NCBI GenBank assembly: GCA_028280575.1
Contig: JANQLN010000010.1
Location: forward strand, 18,933-82,932
From: Clostridia bacterium
Lineage (GTDB): Bacteria > Bacillota > Clostridia > Acetivibrionales > STF1-152
Reading direction: 5' to 3'
Length of the DNA stretch: 64,000 nt
The stretch's first letter is position 1. Each line of letters opens with the position of its first letter. Shown one piece after another: positions 44,274 through 53,196 of the stretch. The translations under genes were made by a program, and so were the position numbers. The notes beneath the pieces are model-generated. The model saw only the letters and a list, made by a program, of their open reading frames with translations, had not been told where the DNA came from and ran no database searches.

Positions 44274-45005
44274 TTAATTTACAATTATTTTAAGTAATTT
44301 TTCAATTGAATAATCACTTCTTGCAACAGTCCTAATTGTTTTTCCATCTCTAATAATTGTAGTTCTGTCTGTAAAATCGATAATGTTATCAATTCTGTTG
44401 GTAATATAAATTACGGATACTGCCTTATATTTCAAATGCCTGATCATTCTTTTAAAAATAACTATCTCAGTGTCGCTGAATAACGGCATCAAGTCATCGA
44501 ATATAATCAGCTTAGCATTTGAAATGTATGCACTGATAACTGAAACCATACACTTTTCAATGTGAGAAAGCTCATTCACCTGTCTGCTTGGCTCTATTAT
44601 ATTGACTCCTAGAATATCAAAACACTGTCTTGTCAAATCATATATTTCACCTTTTTTATACCTCCATCCAAACCTCAATTTGGAATTGACAAATATATTC
44701 TCAATAACATTGAGATTAGGGAAAAGGCTAAAGTTTTCATAAATGCAAAATATGCCCTTTTGTTTTGCCTCTAAAGGAGTAAGATTATTTACTTCTTCAT
44801 CTTCATAGTATATTTTGCCGCTGCTCTTTTTTTTCAAGCCTGACAGAAGTTTCAACAAAGTTATGCGACCTGCTCCAAATTCACCGAGAATACCTAGTAT
44901 TTCACCTTTATAGACATTAAGATTAATATCGCTTAAAACTTTGCGGCCATATTGTTTGTTTGTTACATGATCCAGCCTGATTATTTCAACCATGTTATCA
45001 CACAT
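44274..45005 (-). CDS. Half-size ABC nucleotide-binding-domain paralog with degenerate catalytic motifs (predicted non-catalytic)
   Basis: 243 aa and colinear with NBD1 of the neighbouring CUT2 ATPase (45260..46813), but the motifs differ. Walker A is GEFGAGRIT (neighbour GENGAGKTT). The Q-loop is CIYEN (IVHQE). The signature is LSHIEKC (LSTAQKQ). Walker B is LIIFDDLM (VLILDEPT). The H-loop is ITNRI (ISHKL). It is the first gene of the operon with the YesN/YesM pair, 23 nt upstream of the RR start. The start is uncertain (ATG at 45005 or 44993, weak SD). Confidence 0.8.
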   Translation of the reverse strand: MCDNMVEIIRLDHVTNKQYGRKVLSDINLNVYKGEILGILGEFGAGRITLLKLLSGLKKKSSGKIYYEDEEVNNLTPLEAKQKGIFCIYENFSLFPNLNVIENIFVNSKLRFGWRYKKGEIYDLTRQCFDILGVNIIEPSRQVNELSHIEKCMVSVISAYISNAKLIIFDDLMPLFSDTEIVIFKRMIRHLKYKAVSVIYITNRIDNIIDFTDRTTIIRDGKTIRTVARSDYSIEKLLKIIVN

Positions 45006-45126
45006 CCATAAAGCACTTTTTTGGAACTGTAGACAAGTTATATAATTATTATACCTTTAAAAAGATATCTTGTAAATACGAAAATAAAACCCAAAGAATA
45101 TTACACCTTATATAAAAATCATCTAC

Positions 45127-45155
45127 TTGTTGAAGTAATTTGAGGGTATTATAAT
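45127..45155 (+). promoter_or_regulatory. Putative sigma-A promoter of the CUT2 ABC operon
   Basis: TTGTTG (45127..45132), a 17-nt spacer, then TATAAT (45150..45155), about 105 nt upstream of the ATG at 45260. Confidence 0.5.
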
Positions 45156-45259
45156 AAAAAAACAAAGGCAAAACAAGTAAGGCCTTTCATCTTTACAAGT
45201 ATAAAATAAATAAATCTAGCAGTAAAAATATATACTAAAGAAAATTTGGAAGTGATTAC

Positions 45260-46813
45260 ATGGTTGCAGGGAAAAAGGTTGAAACGGCAGACGGCAATAT
45301 AGTGGAAATGTATAGTATTCACAAGAGATTTGGCGGTGTTGTTGCATTAAACGGCGTATCTTTCAAACTGGCAAAGAGTGAAGTACATGGTCTTATTGGT
45401 GAAAACGGTGCCGGAAAAACTACCTTGATGAAGATACTCTCCGGTGCTACTGAGCAGGATAGCGGTAATATATCTATAAATGGCAAAATTGTAAAAAATC
45501 CTAATCCATACTATTTGAGAACCCTAGGGGTACAGATAGTCCATCAGGAATTATCTTTACTTCCTCATATGACAGTTGCTGAAAATATGTTTTTGGGAAA
45601 GGAATTGAGAACAAAAAGCGGCTTGATCGATAAGGAAAGAATGTATATAGAGAGTAAGCATGTGCTTGATGAAATTGAGGTAAGCATTTCCCCCAACACT
45701 ATGGTTGAAATATTAAGTACAGCACAAAAGCAATTGGTTGAAATTGCAAAAAGCATGATTGGAGACCTTAAAGTTCTAATACTTGACGAGCCCACTTCAT
45801 CTCTTACAGATAAAGAAATATTTCATTTAAAAAAGATATTGGATATGTTTAAAATAAAAGGCGTATCAGTAGTTCTTATCTCCCATAAGCTCAATGAAGT
45901 AAAAGACATGTGCGATAAGGTAACTGTTATGCGGGATGGAAAAGTTGTGCATACTTGCTGCATTGACGCAATTGATATTCAGGATATGGTCAACTACATG
46001 GTAGGCCGTAATGTTAATGATACATATGTTCCCCCGGTTTTAGACGAATGCAGCAAAAAAATAGTTTTTGAGCTCAAAGGCATTAATAGTTATGTGTTCG
46101 GCGAAGTTGAGCTTAAAGACATTAATATCAATGTACGGGCAGGAGAAATTGTCGGTATGTTTGGTTTGATAGGTTCCGGACGGACAGAAATAATAAAGAC
46201 TATTTATGGTTTGCGCAGAAAACAAAGCGGTACCGTTATTATTGATGGAGTCAAAGTCAAAAAATTACTGCCGTCTAAAATAATCGAACAAGGTGTAAGC
46301 TGGGTACCGGAGGACAGGCGTAAAGATGGTCTTTGCCTTGAAATGTCAATAAAGAATAATATAGGACTGGCAGTATTTGGAGAAATATCTAAATGTGGCT
46401 TTGTAAATATGGCTAAACATAAAGGTATAGTAAATGATTATATGAATAGGCTGGCTATTAAAGCTCCCAACAGTAAAATGAATGTAGGAAGCCTAAGTGG
46501 CGGCAATCAGCAAAAGGTTGTATTGGCAAAGTGGCTGGCTGTCAGGCCTAAAGTATTGATCCTTGATGAACCAACAAGAGGCATAGATGTAGGTTCAAAA
46601 GCTGAGATCCACTCTCTCATAAGAAAGCTGAGGGATGAAGGCATGGCTATACTGGTTATATCTTCTGAATTACCTGAACTTTTTGTATTGTCAGACAGGG
46701 TAATAGTAATGAAGGATGGTGTGATAACGGGCAGGGTCATGAGGGACGGCACAGGCATGTTAACTGAGGAAAATATTATGCGTATTGCTACAATAGGAGT
46801 GAACAAAGTATGA
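45260..46813 (+). CDS. CUT2-family sugar ABC transporter ATPase (fused double NBD, RbsA/MglA/XylG-like)
   Basis: 517 aa. NBD1 has GENGAGKTT, LSTAQKQ, ILDEPT and SHKL. NBD2 has GLIGSGRTE, LSGGNQQK, ILDEPTRGIDVG and SSELPE. Confidence 0.93.
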   Translation: MVAGKKVETADGNIVEMYSIHKRFGGVVALNGVSFKLAKSEVHGLIGENGAGKTTLMKILSGATEQDSGNISINGKIVKNPNPYYLRTLGVQIVHQELSLLPHMTVAENMFLGKELRTKSGLIDKERMYIESKHVLDEIEVSISPNTMVEILSTAQKQLVEIAKSMIGDLKVLILDEPTSSLTDKEIFHLKKILDMFKIKGVSVVLISHKLNEVKDMCDKVTVMRDGKVVHTCCIDAIDIQDMVNYMVGRNVNDTYVPPVLDECSKKIVFELKGINSYVFGEVELKDININVRAGEIVGMFGLIGSGRTEIIKTIYGLRRKQSGTVIIDGVKVKKLLPSKIIEQGVSWVPEDRRKDGLCLEMSIKNNIGLAVFGEISKCGFVNMAKHKGIVNDYMNRLAIKAPNSKMNVGSLSGGNQQKVVLAKWLAVRPKVLILDEPTRGIDVGSKAEIHSLIRKLRDEGMAILVISSELPELFVLSDRVIVMKDGVITGRVMRDGTGMLTEENIMRIATIGVNKV

Positions 46814-47811
46814 GTAAAGCTAAAAAAGACAAATTAAGTAAGGCATTCACAATTGAAACCGCTGATAAAGAAAAAGCACACTTCTCTTTAAGTAAACATC
46901 TGCTTAATTTCGGAATATTATATCTGCTGCTGTTATTATGCTTAATTACTTCACTTTTAACAGACAAATTTTTAACAACAACCAATATCATTAATATTAT
47001 CAGGCAGGGAAGCACAGTCATAATACTTTCACTTGGCATGGGAATTGTCATAATTACCGGTGGTATTGACCTTTCCGTTGGTGCATTATCTGCACTCTCG
47101 GCAATAATTGTATCCGGTGCATTAGCAAACTGGAAATTCAGCATCCCTTTAGCAATAGGTTGTTCACTGCTGGTTGGCTTACTGTTTGGACTCTTTAATG
47201 GGATAATCGTTGCAAGATTCAGGATATCGCCAATGATTGTTACCCTCGCCAGCTTAAACGCTGCCAGAGGTATCGCATTATTGTATAACGACGGAGCTCA
47301 AATTGTCGGCCTGCCTGACGCATTTACGCAAATAGGAAGAGGTTATATAGCCTTTATACCTGTTCCGGTTATTATCATGCTGGTACTCGTAGCAATAGTA
47401 TATTTTGTAATGACCTATACCGTATTCGGAAAATATCTTTATGCTATAGGCGGCAATGAAGAAGTCGCAAGACTTGCAGGAATAAGTGTCAAAAAAATAA
47501 AAGCTGCTGCTTATTCCATATGCGGCATAGGTGCTGCTTTAGTAGGCGTCATATATGCAGCAAGGTTAAATATGGGTGATCCGACTATGGGCAGTGGTTT
47601 GGAACTTGATGCTATTTCGTCTGCCGTTCTTGGCGGTATCAATCTATACGGCGGCCAGGGCAAAATTTTAGGAGCAGTTATCGGTGCTTTGCTTATATCT
47701 GTTCTGAGTAATTCACTCAACCTTATAGGAATCAGCTCGTTCTGGCAATTGGTTGTTAAAGCAGCAGTGCTTGTGGGAGCAGCTTTAATTTATACCAGGA
47801 AAAACGTCTGA
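46810..47811 (+). CDS. CUT2-family sugar ABC transporter permease (RbsC-like)
   Basis: 333 aa and polytopic, with typical RbsC-family segments (ITGGIDLSVGA, TLASLNAARGIALLY, LYAIGGNEEVARLAGI). The ATG overlaps the ATPase stop (ATGA). Confidence 0.92.
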   Translation: MSKAKKDKLSKAFTIETADKEKAHFSLSKHLLNFGILYLLLLLCLITSLLTDKFLTTTNIINIIRQGSTVIILSLGMGIVIITGGIDLSVGALSALSAIIVSGALANWKFSIPLAIGCSLLVGLLFGLFNGIIVARFRISPMIVTLASLNAARGIALLYNDGAQIVGLPDAFTQIGRGYIAFIPVPVIIMLVLVAIVYFVMTYTVFGKYLYAIGGNEEVARLAGISVKKIKAAAYSICGIGAALVGVIYAARLNMGDPTMGSGLELDAISSAVLGGINLYGGQGKILGAVIGALLISVLSNSLNLIGISSFWQLVVKAAVLVGAALIYTRKNV

Positions 47812-47860
47812 TTTTAAATAATTTAACAAATACCAAATCTTAAAAGAGGAGAGAATTAAC

Positions 47861-49903
47861 ATGAAATACGACAGGAAAAAAGTATTTGATGTAATTGGCA
47901 AGACAAATGTCCACGTTGATTTTCATACACCGCCATATCAAAGAGAGGTTGGAAAGGATTTCAACGGTGACAGGTTCGGCAAAATGTTAAAGAGTGCGAA
48001 CATTGACAGTATCAGCTTTTTTGGAAAAGACTATCATGGCATGTCATTCTATAATACAAAGTATGGCACAAAGCACCCTAACATGGAAAATGACATGCTA
48101 AAGGAAGCTATTGAAGGATGTCACAAGCACGAGGTCAAGGTGATTGTATATTACGCTTTAGGTCTGGACGCTGAGATTGTCAAACAGCATCCTGAATGGA
48201 CACAAGTGGATATGGAGGGTATAAAGCACGGCAGCTGTGAAAATAACAATGTTGGCTGGGTATGCTTTAACAGCCCTTATACCGAAGAAATATTTATACC
48301 GCAGATAACGGAAGTTATGGAGAGCTACAATATAGACGGATTCTTTTTCGACGAACTGTTCTATTATGAGAAAGCATGTGTATGCCCTTTCTGCAAGTCC
48401 AACATGAAGAAGCTTGGATTAGATTACACCAATGCTGAAGACGTTACCTTTTATAGGGCCAAATCCTGTGATATATTTGCAGAACGTATAACTAAAATCG
48501 TTAATGATTATAATGAAGACCTTGTTGTTCTCTATAACCCTACAACAAATATAGTTGGTATAATGGATAATCTGGTACCACATGAAAACGTGATTAACGT
48601 TGGTGGACACGAAACCGGTTGGGGATATATCAATATGCCTATGGAAGCCAGGCATGTAAGAAACTATGATCTTCCCATACTTGGAATGACCGGTATATTC
48701 CATAGGAGATGGGGGGATTTCGGAACAGTCAAGCACGAAGCGCAGTTGAGATATGAGCTGGCGGAAATGCTTTCTCATCATTTTGTTGTCAGTATAGGGG
48801 ACCACATGAGACCACGGGGGGTTTTGGAGCAGGCTAAATATGATGTTATAGGAGAAGCATTCAAATATGCAAAAAGTTTAAATCTGCCTGTTGAAGCAAA
48901 GCCGGCAAAAGATATTGCTATCGTAACTCCGGGAGTATATGATTCTGCCATGTATATAGAAGGCAGGAGTGATTCACACACCTTTGAATGGCCTATTGCT
49001 GACGGGCTTTCCGGCTCTGCCAAAATTCTATTAGACACTCATCAGCAGTTTGACATAATAACAGAACGGCAAGCACTAGATGTCATAAATGAGTTCAACC
49101 TTCTAATAATTCCTGAAGCCGGAGCACTTCAATCCCAAACAGCAGAAGCAATTAAGAAATTTGTTGCTGAGGGCGGCTCACTGCTTGTAACAGGTAATTC
49201 CTCTTTTGATAAAGGAGAATTTTCACTGGGTGAAGTTCTTGGAATAAGATATCTTAGCGAAGGTCCTTATGACAAAAGCTCAAGTGTATATCTAAGACTT
49301 AATGATTACAATGAGGGATTGGCTGATGGGATTGACTTTAAAGCATACAGTGGCTATATCCAGGTAATAGTCCGGGATAATGCAGAGGTAAAAGCCGGAA
49401 TAGTCGGACCAAGTGCAGGCGGCAGGCATTATGCTTCTTTATACAAAGGCGGTCCTGCAGAAAGATTGCTTGAGTCTCCCGGCATTGTATACAACAGGTA
49501 CGGTAAGGGTCAGGCAGTATATATTGCGTGTGATTTATTTACAGCTTATTATGAGTATGCCTACTATGGACATAAGCGCCTGTTAAATAACATTATCACC
49601 AGCTTACAGGAAAAGAGGCTTTTAGACTGTGATGGTTCTGCAAATGTCAGAGTCAATGCCATGATTGCAAATGAAGGTATGTTTGTACATATTGTAAACT
49701 ATTATCCTGAGGATGGAGGCTCAACTATTCCCAGGATAAATTGTTGGCCGCCGGCAATAGATGTAACCCTAAAGGTGTTTGAACCTAAAGCAACTGAAGT
49801 CACAGCCGTAACTAACGCAAAATATAAAGCGTTATTTAAAGATGGCTATGTTGAAGTCAAGCTTTATGGAATCAGCCTTTATGAAGTACTTATAATTAAA
49901 TAA
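47861..49903 (+). CDS. Cytoplasmic GHL6-like putative glycoside hydrolase with beta-galactosidase-trimerisation-like C-terminal region
   Basis: 680 aa with no signal peptide. The N-terminal pattern HVDFHTPP...FGKMLKSANIDSISFFGKDYHGMSFYNTKYGTKHPNM..DMLKEAIEGCHKHEVKVIVYYALGLD...HPEW matches my memory of the hypothetical glycosyl hydrolase 6 family. A class-I glutamine-amidotransferase-like/trimerisation-type region follows. The family assignment is unverified. Confidence 0.55.
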   Translation: MKYDRKKVFDVIGKTNVHVDFHTPPYQREVGKDFNGDRFGKMLKSANIDSISFFGKDYHGMSFYNTKYGTKHPNMENDMLKEAIEGCHKHEVKVIVYYALGLDAEIVKQHPEWTQVDMEGIKHGSCENNNVGWVCFNSPYTEEIFIPQITEVMESYNIDGFFFDELFYYEKACVCPFCKSNMKKLGLDYTNAEDVTFYRAKSCDIFAERITKIVNDYNEDLVVLYNPTTNIVGIMDNLVPHENVINVGGHETGWGYINMPMEARHVRNYDLPILGMTGIFHRRWGDFGTVKHEAQLRYELAEMLSHHFVVSIGDHMRPRGVLEQAKYDVIGEAFKYAKSLNLPVEAKPAKDIAIVTPGVYDSAMYIEGRSDSHTFEWPIADGLSGSAKILLDTHQQFDIITERQALDVINEFNLLIIPEAGALQSQTAEAIKKFVAEGGSLLVTGNSSFDKGEFSLGEVLGIRYLSEGPYDKSSSVYLRLNDYNEGLADGIDFKAYSGYIQVIVRDNAEVKAGIVGPSAGGRHYASLYKGGPAERLLESPGIVYNRYGKGQAVYIACDLFTAYYEYAYYGHKRLLNNIITSLQEKRLLDCDGSANVRVNAMIANEGMFVHIVNYYPEDGGSTIPRINCWPPAIDVTLKVFEPKATEVTAVTNAKYKALFKDGYVEVKLYGISLYEVLIIK

Positions 49904-49935
49904 GCAGTAACTAATTAAATTGTGGGGTGAACATA

Positions 49936-51012
49936 ATGAAAAAAAATGTTAAAAAACTTAGTGTCACAGTAATGGCTATGGCTGTATTATTGGTATTTCT
50001 ACTTAGCGCTTGCACAAATACATCAAAAGGTTCTTCTGAGACTCAAGATTCAAAGCCTTCTAAACAGTCCTCAGAATCTGCCGAACCGGATACTTCAACC
50101 GATCCTGTTAAGCCCGTAGTTGGTTTTTCCAACTATGCCTCAATCCCCTACTTCCTTGACATGGAAGCATCTGCTAAGATGGAAACAGTTACAAACGGCG
50201 GAGATTTCTATGCTTTAAGGTGTGAAGGCGATGCCGCTAAGCAGCTTGCTCAGATGGAAGACTTAATTGCAAAAGGTGTAAATGTCCTATTAGCAGAAGT
50301 TGCTGACCCTGGCAGTGCAGAAAAATATTTTGCTGATTTGAAAAAGAAAGGTATAACCATTGTATGTCTTGACCTTAATACTCCAGGTTCTGATTATTGG
50401 ATAGCGTCTGATGACTTTGAAATTGGCAGGATATGTGCAGAAGAAGCTGTTAATTACCTTAAAGAAAAGAATGGCTCTCCAAAAGGTAAAATTGTAATGC
50501 TGGCACATAAAACTGCCACAAACATGCAGAACAGGTGCAGCGGTTTCAGAGAATACTTGAGCCAATTTCCGGATATTAATATCATTGATGAAAGATTTCC
50601 GGCCAAGTTTGATGTCCCAACAATGATGACTCTTACCGAAGATATTCTGCAGCTTTATCAAAAAGGCGATATTGATATGATCTTCGCTTCCAACCAGACT
50701 CAGCTTGAAGGCGCTAATGCTGCTGTAATGTCTGCAAAAAGAGATGATATTATATTGGTCGGTGTTGACGATTCTCCAACAATCAGAGAAGCACTGTTGG
50801 ACCCAAACTCACCAACCCGCTGTACGGTTGTACAGGACCCGATAACCATGGGTAAACAAGCTGCTAAGGTCGGTATGGAAATACTCAAAGGCAACAGGCC
50901 TGCAGAAACTACATACAGGCCTCCGTTAATCCTCGTAACAAAAGAGACGGTTAAAGATTATATTGCTGAAACCGAGGCAACATATAAAGAGCTTGAACCA
51001 TACTATAAATAA
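49936..51012 (+). CDS. CUT2-type (RbsB-like, PBP type I) sugar-binding lipoprotein
   Basis: I use the ATG at 49936 (MKKNVKKLSVTVMAMAVLLVFLLSAC...) with GGGGTGA 5 nt upstream. It has the lipobox LSAC, a Ser/Thr/Pro/Glu-rich linker of about 35 aa, and then a periplasmic-binding-protein fold I body. Confidence 0.9.
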   Translation: MKKNVKKLSVTVMAMAVLLVFLLSACTNTSKGSSETQDSKPSKQSSESAEPDTSTDPVKPVVGFSNYASIPYFLDMEASAKMETVTNGGDFYALRCEGDAAKQLAQMEDLIAKGVNVLLAEVADPGSAEKYFADLKKKGITIVCLDLNTPGSDYWIASDDFEIGRICAEEAVNYLKEKNGSPKGKIVMLAHKTATNMQNRCSGFREYLSQFPDINIIDERFPAKFDVPTMMTLTEDILQLYQKGDIDMIFASNQTQLEGANAAVMSAKRDDIILVGVDDSPTIREALLDPNSPTRCTVVQDPITMGKQAAKVGMEILKGNRPAETTYRPPLILVTKETVKDYIAETEATYKELEPYYK

Positions 51013-51082
51013 ACAATTTGTAACTTTATTAATTTTACTAAAATGCTATGCTAAATTTAGTATGCTCCATTAAAAAGCATAC

Positions 51083-51113
51083 AAGGGTGGCAAGGCGGCT
51101 GCCACCTTTTATA
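51083..51113 (+). terminator. Intrinsic terminator after the CUT2 operon
   Basis: AAGGGTGGCA (51083..51092) pairs with TGCCACCTTT (51100..51109) across a 7-nt loop. The sequence continues TTTTATAACATTTTTT. Confidence 0.75.
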
Positions 51114-51198
51114 ACATTTTTTATAAATACTAAAAGTATGTCCTGGATAAAGCAAGACAAAGTTATATTATAAAATAAATCATTGGAGGTTAAATATT

Positions 51199-51699
51199 AT
51201 GAGCTACCCGAAAACTTTTTCCCATATAGGATTGTCTGTCCCCAATTTGGAGACAGCAGTAAAGTTTTATACAGAGGTAATGGGATGGTATCTTATTATG
51301 GAGCCAACTCTTATTGAAAAAGATGATTCTGATATAGGAGTCATGTGTAATGATGTATTTGGTAATAGCTGGACTAAGTTTAAGATTGCGCATATGTCTA
51401 CTAGCGACAAGATTGGTATTGAGTTATTTGAATTTCCTAACAATGAACCTGTAGAAAAGGATTTCAAATACTGGAAAACAGGTCTCTTCCATTTTTGTGT
51501 TCAAGATCCGGATATTGAGGGACTGGTTGAGAAAATTGTGCAGCATGGCGGAAAGCAAAGAATGCCGGTCAGGTATTACTATAAAGGTGAAAAACCTTAC
51601 AGAATGTGTTATGTGGAAGATCCGTTCGGGATTATATTTGAGGTATACAGCCACAGTTACGAGCTGACTTATTCATCTGGTGCATACACGAGGGAATAA
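51199..51699 (+). CDS. VOC (glyoxalase/bleomycin-resistance/dioxygenase) family protein
   Basis: 166 aa with the N-terminal strand FSHIGLSVPNLETAVKFYTEVMGW and the C-terminal YVEDPFGIIFEVYS, both typical of VOC modules. RBS GGAGG. Confidence 0.8.
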   Translation: MSYPKTFSHIGLSVPNLETAVKFYTEVMGWYLIMEPTLIEKDDSDIGVMCNDVFGNSWTKFKIAHMSTSDKIGIELFEFPNNEPVEKDFKYWKTGLFHFCVQDPDIEGLVEKIVQHGGKQRMPVRYYYKGEKPYRMCYVEDPFGIIFEVYSHSYELTYSSGAYTRE

Positions 51700-51751
51700 G
51701 ATTGCTTTTATCCCAAGCATTAAAACTATAATTGTAAAAAAGGTGGTAATA

Positions 51752-52429
51752 ATGGCAAAGCTAATTAAAGAACATGCAAAAGTAAACCAACAGATTATAG
51801 ACAAATTTCTAGCTATGAAGGATGTGTACAGCCTGTCAGCTATTGTGAGCGACGCACAGGAAAGAGACAATGTTATGAGGCATAACATCATTCAAAGGAC
51901 GGTAAATAAAAGAATAATAGGGCCTGCATTAACAGTTAAGCTCACATGTGGCGATATAGTAGATTGCCTTGAAATTTTTGAGATTACAAAACCGGGAGAT
52001 ATTGTGGTAATAGATGCCTTTTCTGAATCTGAAACCTCCATATGGGGCGGTCTCATGTCCGGTCTTGGTAAAGCAGCCGGTATTATAGGTGCTGTAATAG
52101 ACGGAAGCGCAAGGGACACAGACGAAGCAAAAATGCTGGACTTTCCTATATACTCGGCATACGTTAGTCCCAGAGCGTCCCATACTGCTTATTCCGGCAG
52201 AAATGAGCCTATCAAAATCAATGTACCTGTTGTTTGCGGAGGTGTTATTGTAAGGCCCGGAGATTTAATTGTTGCCGATGAAATAGGTATAACCGTAGCT
52301 CCTTTTGAGGATTTGGAAAATATTTATATAAAATCAAAGGAGCAGGCGGAAAAAGAGGAAGCAACAAGGGCAGAGATATTAAAAGGGGCAACTGTGCAGG
52401 AGCTTTTAAATAAGTTTGGCAGAATATAG
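51752..52429 (+). CDS. RraA-like / 4-hydroxy-4-methyl-2-oxoglutarate aldolase-family protein
   Basis: I use the ATG at 51752 (MAKLIKEHAKV...) with AAGGTGG upstream. The pattern GPALTVKL...PGDIVVIDAF...SIWGGLMS...GAVIDGSARD...PGDLIVADEIGI fits the RraA/HMG-aldolase fold. Confidence 0.75.
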   Translation: MAKLIKEHAKVNQQIIDKFLAMKDVYSLSAIVSDAQERDNVMRHNIIQRTVNKRIIGPALTVKLTCGDIVDCLEIFEITKPGDIVVIDAFSESETSIWGGLMSGLGKAAGIIGAVIDGSARDTDEAKMLDFPIYSAYVSPRASHTAYSGRNEPIKINVPVVCGGVIVRPGDLIVADEIGITVAPFEDLENIYIKSKEQAEKEEATRAEILKGATVQELLNKFGRI

Positions 52430-52458
52430 TTCACAAAAGCCCAAAGGAGTGCTTAGCT

Positions 52459-53094
52459 ATGAAAATATATGATTTGTCATTACCCATTTCAAAGGACTCT
52501 CCGGTTTTTCCGGGAACACCAAAGATGGATTATACTCTTTCACATACTATCAAAAAAAATAGCTTTAACCTAGGTGTTGCAAGCATAAACACTCATGCTG
52601 GAACTCATACCGATGCACCCTTACACTTTTTAGACGGGGCGCCATCCTTGTCGGACGTGGAAATCAGTAAATATATCGGCAAAGCCTTTGTTATAGATTG
52701 TTTAAATAAAAAAGCATTTGACCCAATCTGCGTTGAAGATTTATTGCCATACAAAGATAAAATCGGAGAGCTTAAACGTGTGATTATAAAAACAGGATGG
52801 TCTAAATATTATAATGAAGATAAATTTTTCACCGACTATCCCTTTATCACGGTTAAACTTGCAAAGTGGCTTGCAGACAAGGACATTGTAATGCTTGGTG
52901 TCGAAGCGCCTTCATTAAATCCCTCAGATTATATAGAGGTACATAAAATATTATTAAGCAGCGGCGCAGCAGTAGTGGAAGGGCTTGCCAACCTGGAATC
53001 TTTTGCGGGCAGTGAGATTTTCTTTGTGGGGGTGCCTATTGCTTTCAAAGGCGCGGACGGATTCCCTATAAGGGCTGTAGCAATAGAATTCTAG
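52459..53094 (+). CDS. Cyclase-family protein (kynurenine-formamidase-like metal hydrolase fold)
   Basis: 211 aa with the family motif HAGTHTDAPLHF and typical length. Confidence 0.8.
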   Translation: MKIYDLSLPISKDSPVFPGTPKMDYTLSHTIKKNSFNLGVASINTHAGTHTDAPLHFLDGAPSLSDVEISKYIGKAFVIDCLNKKAFDPICVEDLLPYKDKIGELKRVIIKTGWSKYYNEDKFFTDYPFITVKLAKWLADKDIVMLGVEAPSLNPSDYIEVHKILLSSGAAVVEGLANLESFAGSEIFFVGVPIAFKGADGFPIRAVAIEF

Positions 53095-53196
53095 TAAATA
53101 TAACAATTTCATTTTAAACATAAAGATAAGATTTTCTAAAGCTTTGAGTCTTGATAATTGTTATTTTTCACAATCTATTAAGGAAGTATGAATTTT

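Noticed and set aside
44274-45005. Using the Walker A Lys-to-Arg change alone as proof that the small NBD is inactive.
   Set aside because: The second NBD of the neighbouring genuine CUT2 ATPase also has GSGRTE, and as I recall the same GxGRTE form in NBD2 of E. coli RbsA. The inference therefore rests on the simultaneous loss of the Q-loop, signature, Walker B Glu and H-loop His, not on this residue.
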